From positions 36,828,001 through 36,892,000 of the forward strand of contig JBITNC010000002.1 in assembly GCA_050084985.1 (NCBI GenBank): a DNA stretch of 64,000 nucleotides. The letters run 5' to 3'. The notes under the pieces are model-generated. The model was not told the DNA's origin and ran no database searches. It was given only the letters and a program-made list of their open reading frames with translations. The stretch comes from Nageia nagi. Its lineage: Eukaryota; Plantae; Pinophyta. Every line of letters starts with the position of its first letter. The first letter of the stretch is position 1. The translations under genes were made by a program, and so were the position numbers. Shown one piece after another: positions 36,501 through 50,885 of the stretch.

Positions 36501-39500
36501 ATAAACAATACGAAAATAACCACCAACTAAAATTTAAGAAGCATCATGAAGCATGCCTTGCGCAGACATATCTTTGACAATAAACCATGCATGTTTAATA
36601 TTGTCAACTAAAATTTGACAATTTTTTCCCTTTAATATTAGCACTAAAATAAACCATGCATGGAAACCTAAGACCTTGGGTGCAAGAAATCTAACCAGGG
36701 CAAATACACTCAAAGTTGCATCAATTTGGGAAAGAGAGGTCTCCCAAATTTATAGATGGAGTTATGGATGTTTTGGGGGAGTAAATTTGTAAATATTACA
36801 TGTGTGAAGATTTGGAGGGTTGGTGCATACATGTTTGAGGTTTTTAGGGTGGTGAGAAGATAGAAAAGTTTTGTGCATGAGAGATTTGAGGTGTATGGAT
36901 GGTAACTTAAGCATGTTCGTGCATGTATCAAACTTTGGAGATTAGAAAAAAAATTATGTAAAAGGTTGTGTATGGGCTTATTATGGCAAGTGCTTGAAAA
37001 ATATGGATTTTGGGTGTTGTGGGAAGAGGTGGTTATGTGATTTTGGCAATAATTGTGGGCTTACGCATGGGCTTATTATGTGTAAGGTTGCACATGAGCT
37101 TGTTATGGCAAGTGATTGAGAAATATGGATATTGAGTGTTGTTGGAAGAGGTGGTTATGTAACTTTGGCGATAATAGTGGGCTTGTGCATGAGTCTGATT
37201 TTGATATGTAATTATAATGGATGGACATAAAATAGCATGAGGATATGTAGATATTTTGATATTTGATTTTGTTATTTATTGATGCATAGGTTAATGATGT
37301 GGAAGGTAACATGGATAGTAATAAGGCATGCAATGATGGTGTAAATTTAACTTTAATTTAACACTTGATGTAAACATTTAATATGTATGTGATTGTTGAT
37401 CTTAATGTGACATTAGATGAGAGTACTAAAAGAAGATAATCAATAACTAGAAGACTTAATAATGCAGTTCCATTTTCTAATTAATTTTTTTGTTCACTTT
37501 AGAAGACGATATCCATAACAGCTTTCATTTGATGGTTCATTATAATACTTATGTTTGACATTTTCTCAAATCAAATAACCATGCATTTCCAAATGAAGAT
37601 CAAAACTAGGTGTACACCCTTTTGGCACTGGATACCTAATGCTTAAGAATCTTTTTCCCTTCTCCCCAAGATAATCTAGAGGCACGGGCAGTGGCACCAT
37701 TTTCAAATGAAGGTATGGAGACTCGTATATGTACGTATATGAACCACGAAGAAACTGGTTTTTGTATTACATTACAATTCATGATTATGATTCACCAAAG
37801 GACCACCAAGAAATCCAGACATAATCTCTGATATCATGACCATGAGCATATCAACATGACATTCAAACTGCATACAATGTGTTCTAGTACACATGTGAAC
37901 CACGACTGACGGCAGCATAGACTAAAGATTGATTTTTGACTTTCCCTTCCCTCCTATGAACCACTATTGCAACTACTGGACTCAAGGCATATTTAGAATT
38001 TGTAGCCAAGATACCCTTTCCTGTCATCGCAGTGATAGATGCTGACACGGACAGGGCTAATGGGTCATATGCAGCTTTACTCAACCTGACTTGCCTAGAA
38101 GTATCATGACACTGAAATGTAGTACTTGTGGGATTATGGGAACTTTCAATCCCATCAGTTGACCGGTCTTACAATCAATAATAGGCCTGTTGAAATATGT
38201 GGATGGCATTATTGCATATGAATGATCGAATGGACGGCTAGATTAGCAATTTTGCATAAACAAAAATGTTTCCACACTAGCGAACAGTGACAAGTGCCGA
38301 GACCAAAGCCCATTATTGCCCTCTCAAACATGGAGATGATTAAGCAGCATTTCTGTACAATGCAATATTTGAAAACTATGTTTTCTAAGTCTCTGACAAT
38401 GGCTTAACAAATTATGTTGTGCATGTAAAAGATTTTTTAGTCAGACGTTATTTTTCACAAACTCTGTGCGTGTGCCTGATTATGGATAAACTGCAACCAT
38501 TGCTCATGATTTCCTCAGTCTTCTCTCATTAACTTCTCACAGCATATCCTATTGAAAATGTAGTTTTTTATTTGGCATCTGCCTATCCAGAAAGCAATCT
38601 GTCGTAAACATGATGGTGTAAATTCAAAACGGGTATGATGCAATGCATCTGGACCATCCCATACCAGGCAGCTTTGTGTGTCCGCTAGACGACACCATTT
38701 ATTTGAACAGTTGTCTAGGAAACATTTGTGATCCTACTCAAATTTATAGCATTCCTTGCGCTTCAACATCAAGGTACTAGGATATTGTCCTATAGTTTTC
38801 ATCAACATTTCCAGTGGACTTGAAAGAATATTTCATGTTTAGCAGGAATCAGAAAAAATAAGATAGGTTTATAATCAACCATAATGTTGAGAATATAATA
38901 GCTTCATAGCAGTTGAAAGCACAGTGAACATCTTTGAATCATTGTTCAAATACCCTTTATTTTAAAGACTCAATAATCTGTGTAACTTACCGCAAATATA
39001 GCAGTTTAACATCAAACAGGGAAGTATGATCGTGCCTACCACAAGCAGACTAAACCTCATACTGATAAATCATATCAGATTCCATTCGATGACTAGGCCC
39101 ACATAACCAAAGGGTATAAGAGAAATTTCATTGCACAAACAATCACCAAGATCATCATCAAAAGAGACAAAATTTCAATCTAAGCATCTTCATTTTTGTC
39201 AACACATTTTACAGTGATGTCAATAAAAAACCATAGATTAGCCATCAATCTTATTAGACAACCAAATCTTTGTTATTAGTCCATTTGAATTCCAACGTCT
39301 ACTGTTTGAATCGGTTTCTGATTCTGGCACCGAGCAATAAATTCATACAATCAAGAAGATAGAGTGGATATACACATTTGAAACCAAGCACTGGAAAACC
39401 AGGGGATTAGACATCATTTAAGCTCTTTAATTGAGAGCCATCTTAAAAGACTACTTGCTAAGTGTAATGAAATCGAAACTGTGACATCGGACAGAAAACA

Positions 39501-39888
39501 ACAGTGTGCCGTGGACAACAAAAACACGTATAGGCAAGTGAAACATCCATAGAAAAGGTCAAGGAAACAAAAGTCGGACAAAATAATAAGTGGATTACAT
39601 GTCAAATATTTGACTGGAATTCTAGTGACAGATTTCAAAAAATGGGCTTCCGTGAAAAAAGTTACCCACAATGTAAATAGATTGCTTACATTACATGAAA
39701 AATGAGCACCCTTAAACCATTGAAGATAAAGCAGGGATCACCATCGTTGAAGCTCGACTTCCTGAAGAAGGTATTATGATTTGTAAATATCACAATAAAA
39801 TGTACACTCCCTGAAAAAATTCCTAGTTGGCAGTACTAAGACAACCAACAAATATATAAATTGCATCATCAGTCTTTCCAGAAAAAAG

Positions 39889-42022
39889 TTACTCGGTAGC
39901 AACAGATTTATCAGAAGCCAATGTAAGAATTGCATTGGCAAGATTGTTAACAGCACCTATAAGGCCTGTAAGACCTTCTCTACTTATCTCTATCTTTGTC
40001 TCCTCAATCTGCAACTTCTTCTCCTCTACACCTAAAATATCCATGTGTCTCTTGTCCTTCTTTTCTTCACATGCCATCAATGTTTGTGTTAACTGTGCTG
40101 TACTCTCTGCCATAGCTGGGGCTAACCCATGTGTACCTCTCGATACCCTTCTCCTCTTAGCTGATGAGTGTGGAACTTCACTCCCATCGCTCTCGGAACT
40201 ATCTGATATTTCAGCCGAGTAGCCACCTACAGAGAACAAATGATTCTAAACAGATCATACATCATGTAAAACATCAATGGGTTACAAAAAAAAAAGATTC
40301 TTTGTTCCTGAATCTTTTGAAAACACTAAATAATCCATGAAACTTGTCAGTGCGTATGGGGTGAATTACTCAATGTTCTCTTTGATAATATGAACCAATA
40401 TCTCATTTTGTAGGGTCACTAGGGTGTAGCCAGTAAAAACTATTTCAACATAACACACTCGAGACAAAATTTAATGTGAACAAAATTTTAATGTGTTAAA
40501 TTCTTTTTGATGCAACTTATTTATTTGTGCTTTGTCTTTGGACCTTGTGATTTTCAATCTAGGATTTGTTTTCTAAGTTTAGTTTAATCCACATTGGGCC
40601 ATAAGATACAGGATTAATTCGTCTTAGAAATCAACGATCCATGTGAATCTTAAAAGCCAATTGAGAATAAAAGCCATGATTCTTTATTAAGGTCTAAGAT
40701 GCTTTTAAATTTATAAGACTCAAAACGAAAACACCCAGATTGCTTATTAGGACACCCGAATTCAGTGCTTTGTTTAAGAAATTATCCAGCAATGGATACT
40801 AACAGATCAAGGGATCTGGATGAATTGCTTTAGAAATCCTAGTCATCCAAGAATACCTAATGGTTGAAAGAATCATCCAAGTGCAGCCCAAAAGTCTCAC
40901 AAACCTTGGAAAAGGATTTCTCCTACCCAATTAGTCTAGGCACAAAATTGATTCATATCCTCCACTAAAACAAGGAATCGGCATTTACCTTCAGCAGCAT
41001 TGCAGTTCAAACAATGAAACATAAAATGGATTTATTCTATCATCCAACATTCTTGGAAAACGCAAAACCTATATGATAAATTGAATAAGCATTTTCTCTT
41101 TAGTTAGCCCAATAATCACATCCGATTATGAACAAAGAATCAATCTCCCTCCCAAAATCTTGGGCAGCCACACACATAACGAATTTATTATATTATCTAC
41201 TACGCTTGGCGAGTACAAAACCTATATGATCAATCCAATACACAAATTCTCTTCGGGTCTTGTCCAATCCCAATCATATCCAAAAAACATAATATCAATC
41301 TCCTTCCATGAACTAACATTCGAACCAATCGAAAAAGATAAAGCAATGCATTGACGAAATGAACCTGAGGTTGGTCTCTGTTGTTGGTGGACAGGAAATT
41401 CTTGTTGTGATGGTTGTTGAGGAGGAAGCGGTGGTTGTTGTTGTTGTTGTTGCTGCTGCTGCTGCTGTTGTGGAGGAAGAGGAGAAGGAAGGATGAACTG
41501 TTGTTGTTGCTGTTGCTGTTGTTGAGGCATGCCCAAATTCGCCATACCCGAAGAATTCCCAGGAAGAATCCGAGGTGCATATCTTTTGTCCACAACTTCA
41601 TGAAGTCGTTCATAGACCTGATACTGCAGATTAGAAGGCAGCCCTCTCTCTTTCCTTTCATGCTTCTCAAGATGCCAGTATGAGGGCTGATCAGGACCAA
41701 GCTTGTTTTCATATTCCCTAACCTTCTTGTAATCCCTCAGCAAATTGTCCCACTTGTCATTGCACTGGTTCTGGCTCCTGATGCAATTATTCTTGGAGCA
41801 ATAATTCTCAACCCACTTCCATCTGAGCTCTGCAGTCTTGCCCCTCTCCTTATCCCCACCTCTCATTCTTCTCTCATCATCCAGCTTCTTGGCATCCAGC
41901 AAGACCAAGGTCTCATCAAGAGTCCATATGCCCCTCGTGTAACCTTTCCCCTTTTCTCCTCCTCCTGATCCTGATTCAGGATTCTCCACCCTAAATATGG
42001 CACTGGTGGTTGGGTCTGCCAT
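39889..42022 (-). CDS. SH4/ASR3-like: Trihelix (Myb/SANT-like) transcription factor, SH4/ASR3 clade; exons 42022-41365 and 40226-39889; 331 aa
   Basis: YTRGIWTLDETLVLLDAKKLDDERR..ELRWKWVENYC..C.RSQNQCNDKWDNLLRDYKKVREYE domain. A phase-1 GT-AG intron (41364-40227) joins in frame to a C-terminal exon with an NLS-like KRRR and a coiled coil. Confidence 0.95.
41434..41525 (-). repeat. CAA/CAG trinucleotide tracts encoding two polyQ runs
   Basis: Direct reading of the sequence; two Q runs separated by FILPSPLPP. Confidence 0.9.
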
Positions 42023-43919
42023 GGCAATAGCATTGCCTAGTCTTCTCTTCAATCAAAAATACGAAAAAGAAAGCTCTTCAAGCACTAGAAATGGATTTTA
42101 TAAGGCTAAAAGGGCACCCTTTTCAAGCAATTCTATCAATTAAACCACCTTATAATATTGCATCATTGGAGATGAATCTAGCAATTCTGTTCAATCTAGA
42201 ACTGTTACAATCCATATGCCAAAAATCCCTAGGCCAACGATCCATTTTCAGTCACATGCTGTGTATAAGTCCTAATCGAGTGTAAAACAGCGTGTCTCCA
42301 GTCCCAATACCAACACCCTCAAATTCCATAACCCGCACTCAATTGCTGCAAGCAAGGCCTAGTGGATTGGAACACACCACTCCTACTCAACTTTTAGACC
42401 GTAGCTATTCTCAATTCTCTCTGTAAAATCTCTGAACCATGTAAACTTCTACTACACTATGATTGAAGAGTATAACTCAAGATTCCAATCATAATATATC
42501 CAAATATTATATACACCAACACCTTCTGACTTACTAGCCCTAAAGTCCCAGACGAACCTCAATCATTCCCATATCGCTTGGCATCATCATCATTTCAATC
42601 CAAAACTAAGATTCCCATCACTTTCTACACAATCTCACAATCCTAAATCATCCAAACAATCAACATACTCACTACCCACTACACCTACACCTTGAAACCA
42701 CAACTAGGCCTAAAAGTCTTACTAGTAAAACCCCCTTCCCCATCAAATTTCACAAAACATAGAAAAGGGTATCTACATCAATGAACTCTAACCTCACCCA
42801 TATGATCAAATCTTGATTTTCAGGCCTCCAAGAGGCTCTGGAACCAGGCGAAATGCCACTGCAAAGGAGCACAGACCCACACAAAAGAGGTGGAACTGCC
42901 CCTCCAATTAATCAAATTACATAAATAAATAAAGTCCGGCTCTATGGTTAAATTAAGCCTTTCCCAAAACATTCCCCTAATGATCCGAATGAGTGCAATT
43001 AAATGTATTATTTATGTCTAATTAAAGATTTTGATATTTCATATTATGTGATATATGATTTGATTTGTTTCTCCGTACCCATGAAGCGTAAAGTACTGCA
43101 GGAGCCAGTCAAACATAGTCAACGCCAGGCATCCACTTTACTCATGTCTCTTTCAGTCCTTCATTTGTTGTTTTATTTTATTTTATAAGGAGTTGATAAT
43201 ATTTTATATTATTATTTGTTTTAATGTAGATGGGAGAAGAGACAACTGTATGGTGGGGATGAGATGTGTTTGTAGTAGCAAAAGAAAAAGTTATGATGCA
43301 AAGTACATGTGATAAGGACTCTTTTGGAGCACTCTTTTGGAGTTTCTTGTTTCTTGTTTTTATTTTTTAATTTTATTTATTTATTTATTTATTATTATTT
43401 TTAGTTATTGTTATTCGAGTTTGTATGGGTAGAGTAGAACTATTAATTATAAAAATATATTCGATTTTGAATTTAATTTTTTCCTTTAAAATAATTTGTT
43501 GTCTTGTTAGTTGCTTTCATCATTTGAATTTGGGTATCTTATGGAAACAATTTACTTTATTAATTATAAAAAGATATCAAAGTTTGAGTGTGAATCCTTG
43601 CTATGAAAATAATCAACTTCATTAATCTACATTCATGAATATGTTTGTGATCTTTTTAATTGTAGAGTGCATAAAAGTGTATAAAAATAACATTAAATAT
43701 TTTAATCAAATAATTATCTACAAAAATAATGGTAAATAAGATATATTATTCATAACCGGCTCAACATGGGATTTCCTTTTGTTATACTTATGTTATTGTT
43801 CTTTGAGTTATCACTTGATTTGATAGCTATTAGTTGTAGCTTGTCAGTTGTGTTTCAACCATTAGTTGGTTATTAAGTGAGTTAGCATAACTTTATTTGA
43901 CATATATGTAATGGACTTT

Positions 43920-45150
43920 TTGAAACAGGTAAGAACATATCAAATCATTCTTTCATATTATTGAAGACATTGAGGTTAATGAAGAATATGTAATGATGGT
44001 CTTTGTCTAATCTCTAGAAAAAATGGTAATGAATGGTTTTCTTCCTTTCTCGATTTATCTATTGCCAATTGATAAGATCTTAAAGATGTTTTTCTTATAA
44101 AGGAAGGAGATAAGAAGAACAAGATTTATATGCTAAATGAATTTGCAAATATCAATAAAAAGAAAAATAAATATGTGAGGGAATTTGAAATAAGAATCAC
44201 GAAAGGTTAGAAATAGACTTCCACCTAACCTTAGACTTAATTATGATGTCAACAAATGTTATTATATGATTGCATTTGACATTGAATTTAACTATAATCT
44301 TAAATACATGAATACAACTTAGCTAGATAGAATTATGGAACAAGCCATAAGAATGGAGGCAAATAGGGTTGATTCAAGAAACATCAAGCTAAATCAAGAA
44401 GATAAATCTCAAGCAAATAATAGAATGTAAACAAATTTTAAAGTTAAGGATATCTTGAATGATCCTATCACTAGACTATATAATCATATCGTTGAAATGT
44501 TGAACAATATGAACTAAAGGATCATTAAGATGGAAGATAAGGATACCAAGCCCATGCTTACACATGTACAAGATAATGTTAGGTTTAATAAGTTTCCTTT
44601 TAGAGACCTTTCAATAATATTTCAAATATCAATTAGAATCAAAAGAGCGATAAAGATAAATGACCTATAAAACCTCCGAACCCATTAAGGGTAAATAATA
44701 TGGTTGTTAATTATCCTTTTTTTTGTGGGGCTTATTCGAAGATTCACAAGGAAGTTCATATATACTATTTTTGAGCCTATGTATATGGTTTATAATTAGT
44801 TTGTGAAAGCAAGTTCATCACAAGAAGATCCATTAGTTAATATAATGTGGGTGGAGGAACATGAAAACATCGTAATGATGAAATGAGAAGAAAAGTCTCA
44901 TATGCAAGATAAAATGGCACTGAGATATGATTTGATGAGTAAATAAAGGTTGTTCCACCAAAAGAACAGATTGAGGAACTAGAAAGAATTATGATAGTGG
45001 AAGCCAAGAAATGATGCAATCGTAGGTTTAGACGTGTCAACTCCCAATACGAAAGGAGGAAAGGATAACTCTCAAGGTAAAGATCTAATTTCTCAAAAGG
45101 TTGGAACTCAAGTTAATAATTCCTACGAAAATCAGATGTCAAATATCATT
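43920..45150 (+). mobile_element. Decayed gypsy gag remnant
   Basis: EEYVMMVFV*SLE..NEWFSSF..SIAN..DLKDVFL resembles the retrotransposon gag motif. Confidence 0.6.
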
Positions 45151-47193
45151 TGCATTGATACTAAAAATTGATTAAATAATTAATTTAATATCATTTGCAT
45201 TGATATTATTGAGATTGATTTTCTTGTGGTATCTTCTCTAATACTTTATGATCATTGGTGAGTGAAGTTAACATATGCAATGGTTGAGGATGGTTATCAA
45301 TTTGACGTATAAGATGCCTTTCTCATCCAATTTAAGGAGTAGTATCTAGGCATGAGTATTGATACCAATCACCTTCTTAAGGTATGACACATGAAATTTT
45401 AGGTAGATCTTGAAAGTAGGTGGTAACTTTAGCTTGTAGATGACCTCACTAATATTTTAAATGACTATGTACAACCCATATGTTTTGAAAGGGTTTCTAT
45501 TAACCCTTCAATTTTAAATATGTCTACTTATAGGGCTAAAGATGTATTAAGACGATGTCCCCCACTTTGAACAACAATTGAAGAATTGGTTTCTTTATTA
45601 TAATCTAATTTATGGCTAAATTTTCCTTAAGGGTTCATATAACTATGGTGCAATTGACTAGAACAAAGTTCATTACATTTAGCTTGGAGCTTCCTAGTAG
45701 GTATCGCAACACAAACAATGGTGATTGGTAATACATACTTCATATGGTGGTGGTTGGCATCTTGAAGGAGGAATGAGATAAAATGTGTTATACCCTCATT
45801 TTGCAAGAAGAATCCATTAAATTCAATAAGGTTGCTCATTAGAAAAGAAGCATATAAGATAGATTTCAAGATATATATTAATTGCTTCAATTTAACTATT
45901 TGTCTATAATTGATAAGTTAAGTTGTATTTTAAGTGGATACATTACTATTTGAAATAATTCCTCAAAGCGTACCAATGAAGGTGGAGTCATAATTATTAA
46001 TTTACAAATAATTTATACCAAAATTATCATTTTTTTAGGGAATCATAATGAGAGGATCACAATGGGTTAGGTCATTAATCGATGATTTTCAATTTTTATA
46101 CATATAAAGATTAAAAATGGTAACCCAAGAGACAATAAGGCTAAGAGTATGCATTTTTTGCAACCCTCTAATATACATTAAGAATTGATAAATAATATTC
46201 TACTTAGTATCTCATCGCACTAATTAAGAAGTATGCATCTTATGCTCGTAGATGTAGTATCCATCTATTTCTCAAGGACACGAGGGCAATCTTATGCTTT
46301 TTTTTTTATATATATATACTATATGAATTATATGCTTAATAGCTTATCTATATCTAAGTTTTGGTTCATTCCTTATGAAGCCTCCTAATATATGTAAGGT
46401 TCATGGAAGCTCAAAACCTTAGGTTATTTACTTTAGGATAAACTTTGATAGGTCACACAAACCAAGGGATTTAAAAGAATGTTAAAAGCTTATCAATCTC
46501 TCCATAAACTTATTTACTTGACTCCAATTGCTGTAACAGCATGATCAAATGCAAGAAATTCTTCCTTAATTTGGATGACAATCATAAAAATGAGATACAA
46601 CTTGACAACCAAAAAACTCTATTCAATATTTGGCGGAAGCATGCTACCATTTTATACGTAATCTTAGACATAATTTTTAAAGTATTGACCAACTAGTTGA
46701 TATAAGAACTAAAATTGTAAGAAAATTGCCACTATTACAATGACAAGGAATCAAATATTAATTGTTATCTTTAGTTGGCATAGCCCGAGCTTAATCCAAT
46801 CAATCTACACCACCTCACAAACACATTTAAAATGGATGACCTGTGCATGCTTTTAAAATTCCACTTCCCACAGTACTTTCAAATCCTTCGAGCTTTTATG
46901 CAGTATTTGCTTGGAAGAGCTTCTGTGTTTGTGTTTTTATTATTAATACTAGACAAACAGTTGATTGTATTATTAAGATTAGGCAAACAGTTGATTCGAA
47001 GGCAGTGATATGATACCTGGCCTCAATTTCTGGATTCTCTACCCTTGTTCAAAATTGTATGACCAGTATTTCCAAGTCTGTGGAATACCTCTCTTAATGT
47101 CAATGTTGTTTTCAGTGACAGGAGATAAGCCATTTTTGATTTCATTCTCATTCTCTGTCTCCATTATGATCATGTCCAGAACAAGAGGATCTT

Positions 47194-47511
47194 TTGATTT
47201 CGAAGGAAAATTATGATGCGGAAGAACTACTCAGCAACACAGTGAAAACACTCATACACAAAGCACATCTTGACTCAAATTTCCTTAACCAAATATCCCC
47301 ATGCCATATTCCCAAAATCATTGCTAAATGTAGCAGGTTAGATGTTCAAATAGTGCTGTGGTTCTTCCACTGGTCTAGCCAGCTCCATGGCTTCCAGATC
47401 ACAGTCGAATCCTACTACACGCTTATTCAAACCGCAAAAACTCTTATACATCACTACATCTCCAACCACTGCAATAAGAAATATTATGGGTCAATTTTTA
47501 ACCAAATCTAA
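47194..47511 (+). pseudogene. N-terminal fragment of a P-class PPR gene
   Basis: VLWFFHWSSQLHGFQITVESYYTLI is a typical pre-PPR motif. No PPR array follows. Confidence 0.6.
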
Positions 47512-49844
47512 TGGTCTGCTTGCCTAAATTAATTTCTAGAACAATATGCACTAATGGAGCTAACGTGACACTAATTTTAGTAAATTAAAAATTTTATTGT
47601 CTACATTTGTCCCCACCTTGCATGGTGGGTTAGCTACAATAAGTAGTGCTAGCATGCCATGTAAAATCTATTAAAAAGGATTTAATAAAGTAAAAAAATT
47701 GAAGTATCTACATTTGCCAGTAAAATCTATTAAAAGGGTGCATGATTTATAAGTGATCAATCCATGGACCCGATTGTTTGTGGGTATTGTTGTGAACTTT
47801 GTAATTGCATGAGAGATCATTAGCTCTTATAAAGAACATTGTCAAAAAGATGAAGTTCCTTCTAAGTTATTTATTTGCTTTACCACTAGTAGCATGTTTG
47901 TGCGAGTATTTGCTTCAGTCCTCGTGCCCCTAGAAAGCCCTTCCTGTTTTACAATGTTTTTAGTTCTTTTCGGTTTTGATGCTTGTTTAAGGATTTCCAA
48001 AAATTCACTAAACGTTGTTCTTATGTTGATGTTGATAATGCGATGATGAGGATTACCAAAGATGCATGGCAACCCCTAAGCCCGATTTCTGTTGTTTACC
48101 AATGAGGACACCTAGAGCTCATGGTGATCCCTTTTTGTATGACGGTAGTGATGAAGCTTCAGTATTGACAGTACTATTGCTTCTTAGCGAATAATACTTT
48201 GTCTGAAGAAGATAATGCTTTGTCCTGAAGATGATAATATTTTGTCCTGAACATGATGATGAGTGACATGCCTCCAAGTTGAAATGCTAGACTAATGCAG
48301 TACTGATTTTTATTCGTTGTTGCTCATTTCGTGTTCCTCAGGCTCATGTGCAGATGTCCAATTTGTACAGGACGAATTGTATTGACTTGTATGATTGCTG
48401 CAAGTCGTTTCTGTGCTTTCAATCTAGTTGCCTTATTCTGTCCAATGCATACAGGCATGAACTATACGAACTTATATAAATTGCACTCATTTGATTTGTC
48501 TGCTACGGCACTATCAATCTGATTCTATCTAATGTGTACATGTATGAATTGCACAGAACGTGCTAATTTCTATGATATTCCTTACTCTTTATTTAAATTT
48601 TATTGTCAGCCTAATTTTGCTTGCCCTGTTCAATTCGTATCTGTAATTACCATACCATCCTATATGAACTGCTCTTCATAAACCAGATTGTAGAAGAGCT
48701 AGAGTGGGATAAAACAGTAATTAGATAGCCCTGCCTTGTAATAGATTTGCTTTATACAACTCAATCCATGCAATAAATATTCTGAGTACATACTGCCAAC
48801 TAGGAGCTTCTCAAGACATGGGAAGCTTGCAGCCCAAAGGAAGATGAATTCAATACTTGGTATGCGATTACATAGGCACATATGGGAACTATATTAGAAT
48901 CTATAAGGATGCAGTGGGCACACGTCAAGAAAGATTTGAAAGCGCCTCCAGAACACAACACTACATGGCACACAATCTCTAACCCAAGCAACTAACTCGA
49001 TGTACCAAATTGGAAGTGATTACAGAAAGCAATTCTCATGTGGTCCGGCTGTAATTCAAACCACTAAACCTTAAGGATAGAGCAACCAGTAACAACCATT
49101 ATTCATTTCATAAAAGAAATCAATTTATGGTATCAAATAAATCGACATTTGCAAGACTCCCACATACATAAACTATGTTTTAAACATTTATCCATATTAC
49201 CAGATTTTTAAAATGTTGAAAATGAGTATAAAAATGAGCATATTACTAGTAGCAGCTATGAAACAAATCCATATTTACATTGAATACCAAAACTGAATTC
49301 TGACCCTGGTAACATTGATATTGTTGCAACTTACAATTCAGCTTGTAGAAAAAACAGAAATTGAATGCAAATAATACGTTTATAACACAATAACAGTAAC
49401 TGATAGCAGCATGAAACAATCTAACTGAGCAGTTAAAAATAGAATATTGTGCACAATTTGTCAATTCCAGAAAAATTGAATAAGTTTGCAATGAAGAGAT
49501 CTATCTTCTAAGAGAGTTGTTGCCACTTCAAATACAACTTCCTAAATATTCAAAGATGCCAATTAAGACATGAATTCTCGAATGATGAATATGGACTTGG
49601 CCTTTATTCCTATAAATATGCAAATCTAGCTAATGCACTATTCCCTGTAATGTGCAACTGACTATCCATATCATAAAGTTAGATCCATTCAAATTAAATA
49701 TGAGTGAGCAGTTATGCAGGATCATATCATGTATATAAAACTACATGGCATTGCATCTCCAGATTAGATGCCATACAATGTATCTTTTATTGAGCTAATT
49801 CTTATGCCAAATCACAAAACTCAAATGATCTTGAATTATTTGGA

Positions 49845-50885
49845 ATTTGATTTCAAAAGTGCTGGTCACAGCCTTCCAATCAAGTGACAAATCATAAAAT
49901 TTCCCTAGAGTATTGATCTCGATGGACTCCCTAGGTTGCAATGAAAACAAATTCAAATAATCTTCATTTAAATAACAGACTAAATAAATGGGTAGGACCT
50001 CCTAGTAATCGGACCTACCCACCATCCCCTTAGTCTCTATCCTAAGTATGAAGTGTGGAGTTTCACTCCTTCAAACTAGATTGTGCAGAAGCTCAACCGG
50101 CATATACCTTTGCTGGGAAAGAGGGCTTAAACACCTATTTTCATAATTCTATTTTCCTAAGCAATTTATTGTTATTAGCAAACCTGGTAAAGTCCTTGTG
50201 ACATGAATTCAGAATCTAATCACAATCATCCAGTCAAGCGCCAAATCATAACAATGCCCTAGGGCCTAGAGTACTGATCTCGGGGGGCTCCCTAGGTTGC
50301 AAATGAAAACGAATTAAGTAATGCAGATTAGATAACAGACTAAATAATATGGGTAGAAGCTCCTCGTAATCAGATCCACCAACCATGCCTTGGTCTCTAT
50401 TTTAAGTGAGGAGTTTGACTCCTCCAACCTAGACTCTGCAAAAATTCGACCGACATATACCCTGACTGAAAAAGAGGGCTTCACCACTATGATAGTAATT
50501 TCTGTTTTACTGACCAATCTATAGTTATTAGCATACGTGGTAACTCTTGAAGTCCTTGTAACATGAATTCAAAAGTGCTGATCAAAACCTTCCAATCTAG
50601 TCATAATAATTAAGGGACTCCCTAGCCTGCAAATGCAAACAAATCTAAGTAGTCTCCGCTAGGTTGCAAATGCAAAAACAATTACGTAATGCAGACTAGA
50701 TAACAGATGAAAAATCCACTCACCAAGCCTTAAGTGTCTATTTTCAGTATTAAGTATGGATTTTGAATCCAAAATAGACTCTGCAGAATCTCAACTGACA
50801 TATACCCTTGCTGGAAAAGAGGGCTTTACTGCCTATGTTAGTAATTTCAGATGCACTGATAAATTAACAGTTTTTAGAATACCTG
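49845..50885. repeat. ~360-bp diverged tandem triplication
   Basis: ttcaaaagtgctg..ctccctaggttgcaa..catataccc..aaagagggct recurs at ~49851, 50207 and 50567. Confidence 0.85.

Noticed and set aside
33900-37200. Coding-like patches and a thrice-repeated ~100-bp motif (~35495, 36970, 37095)
   Set aside because: Probably old TE debris; no termini, TSD or protein motif could be assigned.
41222-41364. ORF-track C-terminus of the 276-aa trihelix ORF and overlapping antisense ORFs
   Set aside because: Read-through into the intron; the overlapping ORFs are by-products of the polyQ repeats.
45200-45960. Possible LINE 3' remnant
   Set aside because: Only a weak W..W..RN-like motif; insufficient support.
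48145-48308. Box C (RTGATGA) / box D (CTGA) pairs suggesting snoRNAs
   Set aside because: No terminal stems and no rRNA-complementary guide that I could recognise; the CTGA hits lie in a short local repeat.
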